Positions 35,471-46,557 are shown, counted from the first letter of the stretch. The stretch is DNA of 54,554 bases from Myxococcales bacterium (GCA_003158735.1 PMLB01000182.1:30479-85032); one strand, 5' to 3'. The notes: generated by a model from the sequence alone, not told the origin. Numbers and translations: made by a program.

Positions 35471-35944
35471 CTAGGCCGCCACCGTGAACTTCGTGATCGC
35501 TCGGCCTTGGTAGGCCCAGAGGGCAAGATCGATTTCCTTCGCCTTGAGCACCAGCGCCGGGTGCAACTCCGCCAGGCTGGTCAGCACCGAAGCGTCGGTC
35601 ACCACCTGCGGCAGGCTGAGCGCTTGGTCGAGCGCCATCTCCATCTTGAGCAGCCCCGCAGTCATGTTGACCAGCTCGCAAAGCGCATCGTCGATCATTG
35701 CGGCGTCCACCGCAGACGGTGGGCAAGAGAACAAGGCCGCAGTCAAGGCGAGACACCCTTGCTGGCTTGACGATAGACCGACGGTCAGGGGCCATGCGCC
35801 ATCGACCAGCATGACGGCAGTACGCCAGCAAGGGTCGGGATGGGCCTGGGCGCCGAGCGAAGGGACGAACGAGATTCCCAACATGGTCTGGGTCACACTG
35901 GAAACCAAGACAGCCAGTCGCTCGGACGGGGGAAGCTGTTTCAT
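35471..35944 (-). CDS. cheX: Second CheX/CheC-family phosphatase-like protein
   Basis: I chose the ATG at 35944 (MKQLPPSERLAVLVSSVTQTMLGISF...). It contains the DDALCELVNMTAGLL block with D-x3-E-x2-N. Confidence 0.6.
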   Translation of the reverse strand: MKQLPPSERLAVLVSSVTQTMLGISFVPSLGAQAHPDPCWRTAVMLVDGAWPLTVGLSSSQQGCLALTAALFSCPPSAVDAAMIDDALCELVNMTAGLLKMEMALDQALSLPQVVTDASVLTSLAELHPALVLKAKEIDLALWAYQGRAITKFTVAA

Positions 35945-36089
35945 GTGCGTCTGTGTGGGGGACAGGGATCCTGATGAGAGCCTGCAAGTCCGGGACCACT
36001 CGCGGCACATCGTGCTCCCGCGCCTACCGCAATGCGACCGTCGGTTTTCCGACGGCCACGCGCGTGGACGAACGTCAGAAAACGAATGG

Positions 36090-37951
<1,862 letters not shown>

Positions 37952-37959
37952 GATTGCGG

Positions 37960-39993
37960 CTAGAAGTCACGAAAAGCGGGATCACCATCAAGTGGAATGA
38001 CATTTTCCGGCTTGACCGTCGCAGGGCGACCGTTGCCCCCGTTGGGGCGCGCGGCCTTGGTCAGCGTCGGGACGTCCACTCGGGCGCGGGTCGGAACGCC
38101 ACGGATGCGCGCGAGCCGGAAACTGCTGACCATGGCGGCCACTTCTTCCGCTTGACTCGAAAGCTCCACGGCTGCGGCCGATGACTCCTCGGAATTGGCC
38201 GCATTCTGCTGCGTGACCTTGTTCATGTCCGCCACCGCTCGGTTGATCCGATCCACCCCCGCCGATTGCTCCTTCGCCGAAGCTGAGATCTCGTTCACGA
38301 TTCCACTCACCTTCTCGATGCCCTCCAGGATCTCGGTCAGCTTGCCCGCCATCTTCTGCGACGTCACTTCGCCCTCGCCCGCCTGGCGGACCGATTCCTT
38401 GATCAGCTCCTCGGTCTTCATCGCCGCTTCCTTTGAGCGCAAGGCCAGGCTGCGCACCTCTTCCGCCACCACGGCGAAGGCGCGTCCGGCCTCGCCGGCC
38501 CGCGCTGCCTCGACCGCGGCGTTGAGGGCCAGCAGGTTGGTCTGGAAGGCGATTTCGTTGATGTCTCTGATGATCTGCGAGGTCCCCTCGGCCGAAGACT
38601 TGATCTTGGTCATGGCCACCGACATCTGCTCGACCGCGCTGGTGCCGCTCATGGCCGCCTTCTTCGCGGTCTGGGCCAGGGCATTGGCCTGAACCGCGTT
38701 GTCCGAGGTTCGCTTGGACATGGCGCTCATGGATTCAAGCGCGGACGAAGTTTCTTCGAGCGAGCTGGCCTGTTGCGAGGCACCGTCGGCCACGATCTGA
38801 CTGGACGAGGCGATCTGGCCCGCCGCCGCCGAGACCTGGTCCACCGCACTGGACACCTGGGCCAGCGCTTCGTGCAAAGCCTCGGCGGTCTGGTTGACGG
38901 ATTCCTTGATGCGGGCGTGGTCGCCCGGATACTCGCCCTTCACTCGGGCGCACAGGTCGCGCTGCGCGAGCTGGTCGAGCACGCTGCGGGCCTCGCTCAT
39001 GGGCGCCACCATGGCGTCGAGCGTGCGATTCACGCCCTCCACGATCTTGCGGAACTCGCCCGCGTGGCAGGACGCATCCACCCTGACCGAGAGCTGTCCT
39101 TCGAGGGCCGACTGAACCAGCTTGTCCAGGTCAGTCACCACCGTGCACAAGTTGTTGCGCAGCCGATCCAGCTTTTCGTTGATGACCACCTGGGTTCCAG
39201 GCAGCTTCTCCATCACCGGAGCGAAGTCGCCCTCGGCGTAGCTGGTCAGGATGTCCAGAATGGTGAGAATCGTCCTGACCTTGGTTCGCACGATCTCGTT
39301 CACCCGGTGTGCGAGATCGCGATAGGCGCCGGCGAATTCCTCTTCATTGATTAAGGCGTCGATGAACCCGGCCTTCTGGGCCTCGTAGAGGTGGGCCGAG
39401 CGGGCCAGCACGGCGTTGAGGGCGTCGATGCAGGCGTTGAGGTTGTTCTTGAGGGTATTGAAGTCGCCGTTGTAGTTGTCGGAGATCTTGGGGGGGATGT
39501 CGCCCTTGGCGATGCGGTCGAAGCAATCGGCCGCCATGTGCAGCGGTTCGACCACGGCATCGAGCACGCGGTTGAAGCCAGTCATTACACCGGCGAACTC
39601 GAAGTGCACCTGCTTGGTGTCAGCGCGGAAGTCAAGTTCACCGCCCACGGTGGCCGCGACCAGGCGTTCCGCCTCGCCCTGTAGGCCTTGAATCGCGCGG
39701 CGGGTGCTACGATAGGCGAGCCATCCCAAGAGCGTCGCCAAGAGTACATCAATGCCCACGAGAATCTGGCTGGTCGGGATGGCCGAGTCGGCGGTGGTGA
39801 CGTCGGCCCTTGCCTTGGCCGACGGATCGAGGGCGGTGGCCGTGCGGTCAGCGGCTTCACGCAACAGGACCCGGTTGGATTGCTCAGCCTGGCGCTGCTT
39901 GGCCGAACTGTACGCCACCAATCCAACGTTCATAACCACGATCGCGGCCAGTGCCACCATCGCGTTGACACCTATCTTCGTCTTGGCAAACAT
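37960..39993 (-). CDS. mcp: Methyl-accepting chemotaxis protein with minimal periplasmic loop and poly-HAMP array
   Basis: Two TM segments flank a ~47-aa loop. About five HAMP-like repeats follow. The conserved signalling hairpin is [38 protein letters not shown]. The protein ends ..DGDPAFRDF. Confidence 0.9.
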   Translation of the reverse strand: MFAKTKIGVNAMVALAAIVVMNVGLVAYSSAKQRQAEQSNRVLLREAADRTATALDPSAKARADVTTADSAIPTSQILVGIDVLLATLLGWLAYRSTRRAIQGLQGEAERLVAATVGGELDFRADTKQVHFEFAGVMTGFNRVLDAVVEPLHMAADCFDRIAKGDIPPKISDNYNGDFNTLKNNLNACIDALNAVLARSAHLYEAQKAGFIDALINEEEFAGAYRDLAHRVNEIVRTKVRTILTILDILTSYAEGDFAPVMEKLPGTQVVINEKLDRLRNNLCTVVTDLDKLVQSALEGQLSVRVDASCHAGEFRKIVEGVNRTLDAMVAPMSEARSVLDQLAQRDLCARVKGEYPGDHARIKESVNQTAEALHEALAQVSSAVDQVSAAAGQIASSSQIVADGASQQASSLEETSSALESMSAMSKRTSDNAVQANALAQTAKKAAMSGTSAVEQMSVAMTKIKSSAEGTSQIIRDINEIAFQTNLLALNAAVEAARAGEAGRAFAVVAEEVRSLALRSKEAAMKTEELIKESVRQAGEGEVTSQKMAGKLTEILEGIEKVSGIVNEISASAKEQSAGVDRINRAVADMNKVTQQNAANSEESSAAAVELSSQAEEVAAMVSSFRLARIRGVPTRARVDVPTLTKAARPNGGNGRPATVKPENVIPLDGDPAFRDF

Positions 39994-40023
39994 CCCTGGA
40001 CTCCTTCCCTGTGGAAAACGGTG

Positions 40024-40557
40024 CTACGCCGTCACCCCCGGAACCCTTGTTTTCGCTGCGTCGCCGCTCAGCACCCGTCCGATGTCGAGCAAGAAGACTA
40101 CGCGCTGGTCGGCCTTGCCGATTCCCAGGATGAAATCGGCGCTTATGCTGCCGGCGCCAAAGCTGGGCGCTGGCTCGATCTTGTCAGCTTCGAGGGACAG
40201 CACCTCCTGCACCTGATCCACCAGTATGCCCATGGTGATCTCGCCCCGGGTGGTGGCGTACTGGACCACGATGATGACGGTCTGTTCGGTGGTCGGACAC
40301 GGCTCCATGCCGAACTTCATGCGCAGGTCGATGACTGGAATGATCTTGCCGCGCAGATTGATGACCCCACGAATGAAGCTGTCGGTGCAAGGCACCCGAG
40401 TGATGTCCACCAACCCAATGATTTCCCGCACCTCGAGAATGGCGAGGGCGTAGTCCTGGTTGGCCAGACGAAACGCCATGTACTTTCCCGCCAAATCGCC
40501 ATTGCTCGGGATGCCGGACACCTTGCCGTTCGCAGTCATTGGGGTTGTATTCGTCAC
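40024..40557 (-). CDS. cheW: Chemotaxis coupling protein CheW
   Basis: KYMAFRLANQDYALAILEVREIIGLVDITRVPCTDSFIRGVINLRGKIIPVIDLR. Confidence 0.92.
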   Translation of the reverse strand: MTNTTPMTANGKVSGIPSNGDLAGKYMAFRLANQDYALAILEVREIIGLVDITRVPCTDSFIRGVINLRGKIIPVIDLRMKFGMEPCPTTEQTVIIVVQYATTRGEITMGILVDQVQEVLSLEADKIEPAPSFGAGSISADFILGIGKADQRVVFLLDIGRVLSGDAAKTRVPGVTA

Positions 40558-40573
40558 AGTCTTCCCTTCTCAC

Positions 40574-42622
40574 TCACACAACGGCAGGCGCAGCTGCCGA
40601 GGCGCTGGCCGTCCCTGGGCGTCGCTCGACAGTGGTTCCCGCGATCTCTTCCACGTTTATGATCAAGCCGACCCGACCATCCGCCAGGATGGCGGCGCCG
40701 GAGAGAAAACGGGTGGGGCCCAGGCCCTGGCCCAGGCTCTTGATCACCACCTGCTGCTGGGTGACCACCTCGTCGACGAGAAGCCCCAGTCGGCGCCCCA
40801 CCCCCTCGATGATCACCACGATGGCCTGAGTGGGGTCGCTCTTGGCGTCGCTGATGTTGAACAGGCGGGCCAGGCGCACCAGGGGCAGGATCTGTCCTCG
40901 CACATTGAGCATTTCGAGCTGGCCAGCAAAGGCCACCAGCATGCTCTGGTTGGGCCGGATCGACTCGACCACAGAAAGGGTCGGGATGATGTAGCGGTCC
41001 TGGCCGCAGGCCACCATCATCCCGTCGATGATGGCCAGGGTCAGCGGCAGCACCAGCTTGAAGGTCGTGCCCTGGCCTGGCGTGGTGCTAATGGTCACGC
41101 GGCCGTGCATGGCCTCCAGGTTGCTCTTGACCACGTCCATGCCCACGCCCCGTCCCGAAACCTCGGTGACCTGCTTCGCGGTGGAGAAGCCCGGCGCGAA
41201 GATGAGCATGTGGATGTCCGACTCACACAGGGTGTCGTTGGGACCTACCAGACCCTGGTCGCGGGCTTTGGCCAGGATGGCGTCGCGGTCGAGCCCGCGG
41301 CCGTCGTCAGCCAGTTCGATGACAGTGCTGCCACCCTCGTGATAGGCGGACAGGCGAATGGTGCCCTCCTCGGGCTTGCCCGCTCGGCGCCGCTCGTCGG
41401 GTGGCTCCAGCCCGTGGTCCACGGCGTTGCGGATCATGTGCACCAGCGGGTCGGCGATCTGCTCGACCATGCTGCGATCCATCTCGGTGGCTTCGCCCGC
41501 AAGCACCACGCGTAGTGGCTTGCCACTCTTGCGACCCAGGTCGCGCGACATGCGCGCAATCTTTTGCAACACGCCCGCCACCGGCACCATGCGCATGCGC
41601 ATCCCCACGTCCTGCAGGTCGCGCGTGACCTTGGCCAGTTGGGACAGACAGTTGCGCACGCGCGCCGAGGCGGACTTGGCAATCTCAGGTGCGTTGCCCA
41701 CCATGGCCTCGACCACGACCAGTTCGCCCACCATGGCCATCAGGGCGTCCACCCGTTCGAGATCGACCTTCACGGTTTCACGCAGCTTGGTGGCCCCCAT
41801 CGCGTCTGGACTGCGGCTGGCGGCGGAGACAGAAGCCGCAGGCTCAATCGAAGTTGGCTCGGCTGGCGCTGCCGCGACTGCCGGAGTCGCATCTTCGCTC
41901 AGCGCACGCAAACGCTGCAGCAGTCCTTCCAGATTCTCGTGGGTTGCGAACGGCACGCTGTCCTGCACGGCCGTGCGCAACTCCGCCAACATCCGGCGCA
42001 CCGTGGCGGTGGCGTCGAACACGACCTCCAGCCGCTCGTCGGCCAGCTTCAGCGTGCCGTCGCGGCAACGGTTGAGCATGGTTTCGGTGGTGTGGGCCAA
42101 TGTGGTGACCTCGGCCAACTCCAAGAATCCCGCCACGCCCTTGATGGTGTGGAAGACACGGAACAGGCCATTGACTGCCTCGGCGCTGGCTCCCTCGTGC
42201 TCGGCGTGCATCAGGATCTGATCCGCGCGCCCAAGTCCTTCTTCGCTCTCACTGAGGAATTCGCCGATGAGACCAACTGTATCCTCGTCGCGCGTTACCC
42301 GCTCGGGCGAGGTCACGGACGCCTGCTTGGGCGATTTCGCGGTTGTGGCCGCGCATGACTGCAAACCTGCGACGGCCTGGGAGAGCGCACTCAATGCTTC
42401 AGCGTCGGTCTCCGCACCGGATGCCCCGAGTCGGGTTTCGAAAGCTATGCACGCGTCGGCCAGCGTAATCAATTCCTCCGACTCGCTGCCCGCGTGGACA
42501 GCCGTGCGCAGTCTCTGCAAGCAGCGACGAACGGTGTCGAGCGATTCTCGATCGTTCGCCTCGGTCATCACAACCGCCGCCGCAAGTTCTTCGATTACCG
42601 AATCGAGCAAGACCACTGCCAT
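40574..42622 (-). CDS. cheA: Chemotaxis histidine kinase CheA (N-terminal extension - Hpt - P3 - HATPase - CheW-like; no obvious P2)
   Basis: Hpt: FRVFHTIKGVAGFLE. P3: VKVDLERVDALMAMVGELVV. P4: HMIRNAVDHG...DDGRGLD...SGRGVGMDVV. P5 is the CheW-like tail. I chose the ATG at 42622 with the RBS GAGGTG 5 nt upstream. The alternative GTG at 42649 overlaps the fliD stop. Confidence 0.9.
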   Translation of the reverse strand: MAVVLLDSVIEELAAAVVMTEANDRESLDTVRRCLQRLRTAVHAGSESEELITLADACIAFETRLGASGAETDAEALSALSQAVAGLQSCAATTAKSPKQASVTSPERVTRDEDTVGLIGEFLSESEEGLGRADQILMHAEHEGASAEAVNGLFRVFHTIKGVAGFLELAEVTTLAHTTETMLNRCRDGTLKLADERLEVVFDATATVRRMLAELRTAVQDSVPFATHENLEGLLQRLRALSEDATPAVAAAPAEPTSIEPAASVSAASRSPDAMGATKLRETVKVDLERVDALMAMVGELVVVEAMVGNAPEIAKSASARVRNCLSQLAKVTRDLQDVGMRMRMVPVAGVLQKIARMSRDLGRKSGKPLRVVLAGEATEMDRSMVEQIADPLVHMIRNAVDHGLEPPDERRRAGKPEEGTIRLSAYHEGGSTVIELADDGRGLDRDAILAKARDQGLVGPNDTLCESDIHMLIFAPGFSTAKQVTEVSGRGVGMDVVKSNLEAMHGRVTISTTPGQGTTFKLVLPLTLAIIDGMMVACGQDRYIIPTLSVVESIRPNQSMLVAFAGQLEMLNVRGQILPLVRLARLFNISDAKSDPTQAIVVIIEGVGRRLGLLVDEVVTQQQVVIKSLGQGLGPTRFLSGAAILADGRVGLIINVEEIAGTTVERRPGTASASAAAPAVV

Positions 42623-42645
42623 GTGATCACCTCGAAGCGGACGGA

Positions 42646-44079
42646 TCACCCGTTGCTAGTGGTCTTGTAGGTGTTGCTGGAACTGCTGTAGAAGAGCTGG
42701 TTCAGGTAGTTGGCGGTCGTGTTGAGCGTGGCGACCGTTGATTCCATCGCGGTGAACTCGGAGGTCAGCCTGGTGCGCTCGTTGTCCAGATAGACCTGCC
42801 AGTAGTTGACCGTGTCGTCGAGGGCGGTGGTGCTGTTTTGTAGCAACGTGGTCTCGCCCTCCAATCCGCCATCCACGGACAGCGTACTTCCATCCGACAG
42901 AGTTACGCTCGACGGCTCGGTCTGCCGCTGGACCAGGGCATCGACCAGTGCCGCTATGCCTGTCTTGGTCGTGGTGAACAGCTTGTTGGCGCCGCTTGGG
43001 TCTGCCGCAATGGCCTCGGCAAATGTGTTCCCATGCGGAAGCTTGTCGAGCGCCAATGTCCCATCGTCCTGCAAACTCACGTTCAGGTCAGTTATGGTTT
43101 GCACCGCGCCGCTGCCGTTCACCTTGGTGGAGAGCCAGCTCTGCATGTCGTGTTCGATGGTAAGAAGATTGGTGCCAGCCAGGGGATTGTTGGTCGCCGC
43201 CAGTGACGGATCGGGCCGCAGTTGGCTGCTAAGGAGAGTGACGACGTCATTGTAGGCGGTGATGAAACCCTTGATACCCGAAGCGGACGAACTGGTATCG
43301 GTGGCGAAGTTGACGTTGGTAGCGACGTCGGACTGTCCATGCAGGGTCAAGCTCACGCCAGGAATGGCGTTGGTGATCGTGTTGCTCTGGCTCGTGACCT
43401 GGAGGTTGTCCACCTTCAGCGAAGCGTTTTGCGCCTGCTGAATGGTCTGCAGGCTCAGGCCGGCGCCGCCGATGACCTGCAAGGCCCCAGCCTGCGTGGT
43501 CGAGTATCCCGTACTTTTGCGGGTCACTGACAGGGCGTAGGCGCTGCCGGTGTAGACCACCGCTGCGGTCACCTGGGGAACTTTCTGGTTGATGGCTTCG
43601 GCAACAGCCGACAGGCTCATGCCGGTCATGTTGATAGCCGTGCTGGGACTGGTGACACCGTCAATGCTGAACTGAAGATTGCCGGTCAGGCCGAGCGCAT
43701 TGGGGTCCTGGGCGGACGAGAAGGTGGTGCTGCGCATCTTCGCAGCCTGCGCCATGGTTGCTACCTGAACCGTGTAGCTGCCCTCGGCGGGCGCGGAGCC
43801 GGTCGCGGAAAAGTCCGCGTAGGTCGAGTCAGCCCGAATAGGTGCCAGGCCCGCGGTGGCTAGGCCGTCGGTCGCGCTCTGAAGCGCCTGCAGCTTGCTG
43901 GTCAGGGTGGCCAAGGTCGAGATCTGGACCGAGTAGGCCGCCTGCTGCTTCTGAACCTGCAACATGGCCGCCGAATCAGCCGTGATGATGCTGTTGACGA
44001 TCGAGGTGGTGTCGAGCCCTGACGCCAGACCACCGGCCTGGAAAAGCGGACCTGTGGTCGATACGGGTGAGGTGGCCAT
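42646..44079 (-). CDS. fliD: Flagellar filament cap protein FliD
   Basis: FQAGGLASGLDTTSIVNSIITADSAAMLQVQKQQAAYSVQISTLATLTSKLQALQSA, with a C-terminal FliD-type segment (TSEFTAMESTVATLNTTANYLNQL). Confidence 0.88.
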   Translation of the reverse strand: MATSPVSTTGPLFQAGGLASGLDTTSIVNSIITADSAAMLQVQKQQAAYSVQISTLATLTSKLQALQSATDGLATAGLAPIRADSTYADFSATGSAPAEGSYTVQVATMAQAAKMRSTTFSSAQDPNALGLTGNLQFSIDGVTSPSTAINMTGMSLSAVAEAINQKVPQVTAAVVYTGSAYALSVTRKSTGYSTTQAGALQVIGGAGLSLQTIQQAQNASLKVDNLQVTSQSNTITNAIPGVSLTLHGQSDVATNVNFATDTSSSASGIKGFITAYNDVVTLLSSQLRPDPSLAATNNPLAGTNLLTIEHDMQSWLSTKVNGSGAVQTITDLNVSLQDDGTLALDKLPHGNTFAEAIAADPSGANKLFTTTKTGIAALVDALVQRQTEPSSVTLSDGSTLSVDGGLEGETTLLQNSTTALDDTVNYWQVYLDNERTRLTSEFTAMESTVATLNTTANYLNQLFYSSSSNTYKTTSNG

Positions 44080-44112
44080 GAAGAGAATCTCCTTAATCGG
44101 GTATCGACACGT

Positions 44113-44397
44113 CTAGCGCTGTCCTTGAGCCGGATGGCGATAGACCTGCGCCCGGTGACCAGAAGCAAGACGGTTCAGGTCTTCCACCACACGTTGCCGC
44201 AAGCTGGCCTCAGCAGCGAAACAGCGCTGAAGCAGTTCGCGCGCCTGTGCCACGACCGCCGGAGCGGGTCGCGCAGCGGATGGGGCACACAGGGCTTGCA
44301 GGCCCGCGAGCGCCCGCGCCGCTTCCTCAGCCTTGCCAGCCTGCAAGAGGCGAGCCCCTTGTGCAAGCGTGGTCAGCCAGGGATCGCTGGCTGCCAT
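44113..44397 (-). CDS. Small Ala-rich hypothetical protein between fliS and fliD (possible FliT-like chaperone)
   Basis: 94 aa. The start overlaps the fliS stop. The only argument is position inside the fliS-fliD operon. No family motif recognised. Confidence 0.3.
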   Translation of the reverse strand: MAASDPWLTTLAQGARLLQAGKAEEAARALAGLQALCAPSAARPAPAVVAQARELLQRCFAAEASLRQRVVEDLNRLASGHRAQVYRHPAQGQR

Positions 44398-44810
44398 TAT
44401 CGGCCCGTGCCCCCGACCGCCACCGCGGGTACGGCAGCTGCTGCGGCTTCACTGGCCACCGCCTGGTCGAACGCCTCGACAATGGGAAGAAACACGCGCT
44501 CGGCCTCTTCCATGTACTGGGCCGACATGGCCCCAACAGCCAGGGTCAGGCGGGCCACCACGAAACCGTAGACTGCGTCGAGCTGTTCGCAAAGGCTGGG
44601 CGCAAGCTCATGCTTGAGCGTGGCCTGAAGTCCCAGCACGATAGCCGACGCTCGCTCCGCCGCGTCGCCGCCGGTGCGGTAGTCGCCCATCGCGTACGCA
44701 GCCTTGCCGGCGCGCATGTGCCGCAGCGCCGTCTCGAAAAGGGTCATCATGATTCGGGGCGCTGATGCCGTGCTGACGTTGGCGTTGGTGTAGGTGCGGA
44801 AGGCTCTCAT
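44397..44810 (-). CDS. fliS: Flagellin-specific export chaperone FliS
   Basis: YTNANVSTASAPRIMMTLFETALRHM...AIVLGLQATL.. has the typical FliS four-helix pattern and size (137 aa). It lies downstream of fliC. Confidence 0.85.
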   Translation of the reverse strand: MRAFRTYTNANVSTASAPRIMMTLFETALRHMRAGKAAYAMGDYRTGGDAAERASAIVLGLQATLKHELAPSLCEQLDAVYGFVVARLTLAVGAMSAQYMEEAERVFLPIVEAFDQAVASEAAAAAVPAVAVGGTGR

Positions 44811-44892
44811 TGCTTTACTCCGGTTGCGGCTTGACTCGTTCTCTTCACCCTATTCACGCTGAGGATTCATGATTCCGGCCCCTGTAGTTACG

Positions 44893-44919
44893 ATCATCGG
44901 TGGGAAGTAATCGCATCTA
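44893..44919 (-). promoter_or_regulatory. Candidate sigma28-type promoter for fliS-fliD-che operon
   Basis: The minus strand reads TAGATGCG-N11-CCGATGAT against TAAAGTTT-N11-GCCGATAA. It shares the CCGATG core with the 18753 candidate and lies just downstream of the fliC terminator hairpin. Confidence 0.3.
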
Positions 44920-44923
44920 TAGA

Positions 44924-44966
44924 GGAACGACCGTCCCAGGCACCCGGCTCCCCAGGGCGGTCGTCC
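44924..44966 (-). terminator. Candidate fliC terminator hairpin
   Basis: Imperfect ~14-bp GC-rich stem (GGAACGACCGTCCCAGG / CCAGGGCGGTCGTCC) with an 11-nt loop, 33 nt after the fliC stop. The trailing sequence is only moderately U-rich. Confidence 0.35.
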
Positions 44967-44998
44967 AAAGCTCATGTTGCCGTTAGCTTTCCGTCAGG

Positions 44999-46222
44999 TT
45001 AGCCAAGCAACTTGAGCGCCAGTTGCTGCACTTGGTTGGCCTGCGCCAACACCGAGACACCGGCCTGCATCAGGATTTGGCTCTTGGACATGTTCGAGGT
45101 CTCTGTGGCCACGTCCACGTCGCGGATCTGGCTGTTGGCTGCCGACACGTTCTGAGACGTGGTGGTCAAGCTGGCGGCCGCATAGCCCAATCGGTTCTGC
45201 GCCGCACCGAGCGTCGCGCGCTGGCTGGAGATCCAGTTGTTCGCCGTGTCGAGAGCGGTGATGAGGCCGGTCGCATCAGGGTCAGTGGCGCCGGTTGCGG
45301 TGATCGCATCGGTGTTGAAACTGGTAATCGCAGTGGCCAGGCCGGTCATTGCCGGAGCCGAACCGCTGGTCAACCTGGTATCAAGCATGCTCACCGTGGT
45401 GGTGTTCGCAGTGGTCGCATCCGCGCCGGTCTGCAGCGTAGCTGCGCTGGAACCTGCCGAGGTAATTACCGTCTTTGTCGCCATGGCTGCGCCGATGGTG
45501 GCCCCGGTTATGGCGCTGAGGGTGGCATTGGCCAGTGAAACCGAGATGCCCAGAGCGCCAAAGTTCAGCGTGGCCGTGCCATTTGCTGGAAGGAGGGTTG
45601 CGCTGCTGACATCGAGAGTAACCGAGGGCTTCACGGTCAACGGGGAGCTCGTCTCGGCCAAGGTCAGCGTACCGGCACCGGTGCTATACGAGAAGGTGTA
45701 GGTCTGGCCTGCCTGCGCGCCTGAGACGTCCACACCCGTGATCACTCCGCCAGCCGTGATGCCGGTCTTTGCGGTGCTGGTCGCGGCCTGCTGGGTCACC
45801 AGTGATCCATTGAGCAAGCCCAGGCCGTTGAAAGTGGTCCGGTTCGAGATGTTGTCGATTTCGGACTTGAGCTGCTGGATTTCGACGTTGATGTCAGCGC
45901 GTTCCTGGGGACCATTGGTATCAGAAGCGGCCTGCACGGCCAGGTTGCGCATACGGACCATCATGGTCTGGACCTGATCCAACGCACCTTCAGCCGTCTG
46001 GATCATGGACGCGCCGTCGTTGGCATTGCGTACGGCCTGGTTGAGACCGCCGATTTGCGCCTGCATCTTTTCGCTGATGGCCAAGCCTGCCGCATCGTCG
46101 GCAGCGTGGTTGATGCGGAAGCCTGACGACAGGCGCTCCATGGACTTCTGCAGGTTGTTGTTGGTGGTAGTGAGGGCGTTTTGGGCGCTCAAAGCTGCGA
46201 TGTTTGTCTGGATGGAAAGCAT
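44999..46222 (-). CDS. fliC: Flagellin
   Basis: I chose the ATG at 46222 with AAGGAG upstream. N-terminus: MLSIQTNIAALSAQNALTTTNNNLQKSMERLSSGFRINHAADDAAGLAISEKM. C-terminus: ETSNMSKSQILMQAGVSVLAQANQVQQLALKLLG. The listed extension to 46444 crosses REP and hexamer repeats. Confidence 0.95.
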   Translation of the reverse strand: MLSIQTNIAALSAQNALTTTNNNLQKSMERLSSGFRINHAADDAAGLAISEKMQAQIGGLNQAVRNANDGASMIQTAEGALDQVQTMMVRMRNLAVQAASDTNGPQERADINVEIQQLKSEIDNISNRTTFNGLGLLNGSLVTQQAATSTAKTGITAGGVITGVDVSGAQAGQTYTFSYSTGAGTLTLAETSSPLTVKPSVTLDVSSATLLPANGTATLNFGALGISVSLANATLSAITGATIGAAMATKTVITSAGSSAATLQTGADATTANTTTVSMLDTRLTSGSAPAMTGLATAITSFNTDAITATGATDPDATGLITALDTANNWISSQRATLGAAQNRLGYAAASLTTTSQNVSAANSQIRDVDVATETSNMSKSQILMQAGVSVLAQANQVQQLALKLLG

Positions 46223-46305
46223 CTTCTGACTCCTTGTTCGTGTTTGCTGAGGGCACTGTGCCCGTGTTCGAGAAGGGGTTCGGCACGAATCCCAGAGGCT
46301 GATAA

Positions 46306-46338
46306 GGGCGACCCTCGTGGGGCGACCACAGGTTGCCC
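46306..46338. repeat. Degenerate REP (half-site + imperfect palindrome)
   Basis: GGGCGACC (46306-46313), then GGGGCGACCACAGGTTGCCC (46319-46338) with one arm mismatch. Confidence 0.7.
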
Positions 46339-46374
46339 GTCGACACCTGGCCGGCGGGTCGCGGCCCGCGGCTC

Positions 46375-46410
46375 GCGTGGGCGTGGGCGTGGGCGTGTTC
46401 GTGGGCGTTG
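46375..46410. repeat. Hexamer microsatellite (GCGTGG)x3 plus three degenerate units
   Basis: gcgtgg gcgtgg gcgtgg gcgtgt tcgtgg gcgttg. It lies in the fliC-flgL intergenic region. Confidence 0.85.
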
Positions 46411-46534
46411 CGCGGGAGGCGGAAGGGCGAGCCGCGGGCCGCACACCAGGCCGCTTTCCGCTGGCCGCTCACGCTACCGCTACCGCTCACTCGGGCCGAG
46501 CAACGCTGGCCCGGAACTCCCAGACCGGCCGCTC

Positions 46535-46557
46535 GTAGGGGCGACCGGCGGTCGCCC
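46535..46557. repeat. REP palindrome abutting the flgL stop codon
   Basis: GTAGGGGCGACCGGCGGTCGCCC, immediately next to the flgL stop codon (46558-46560). Confidence 0.85.

Noticed and set aside
34305-36008. N-terminally extended versions of several listed ORFs (34305..36008, 44999..46444, 51085..52182, 19714..21198, 29557..32010, 15924..18497, 32389..33006, 53734..54489)
   Set aside because: The extensions overlap neighbouring genes or cross REP/repeat DNA, and they lack protein-like composition. Internal starts give canonical N-termini (receiver DD motif, flagellin MLSIQTN, lipobox or signal peptides) with RBS-like sequences.
46270-46300. Sigma28 or sigma54 promoter for fliC
   Set aside because: The best -10-like match (GCCGAACC, minus strand) has no TAAA/TCAAG -35 at N11 spacing. 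GGGCAC at 46251-46263 is followed by CCTCA rather than TTGC at the -12 position. Both are too weak to call.
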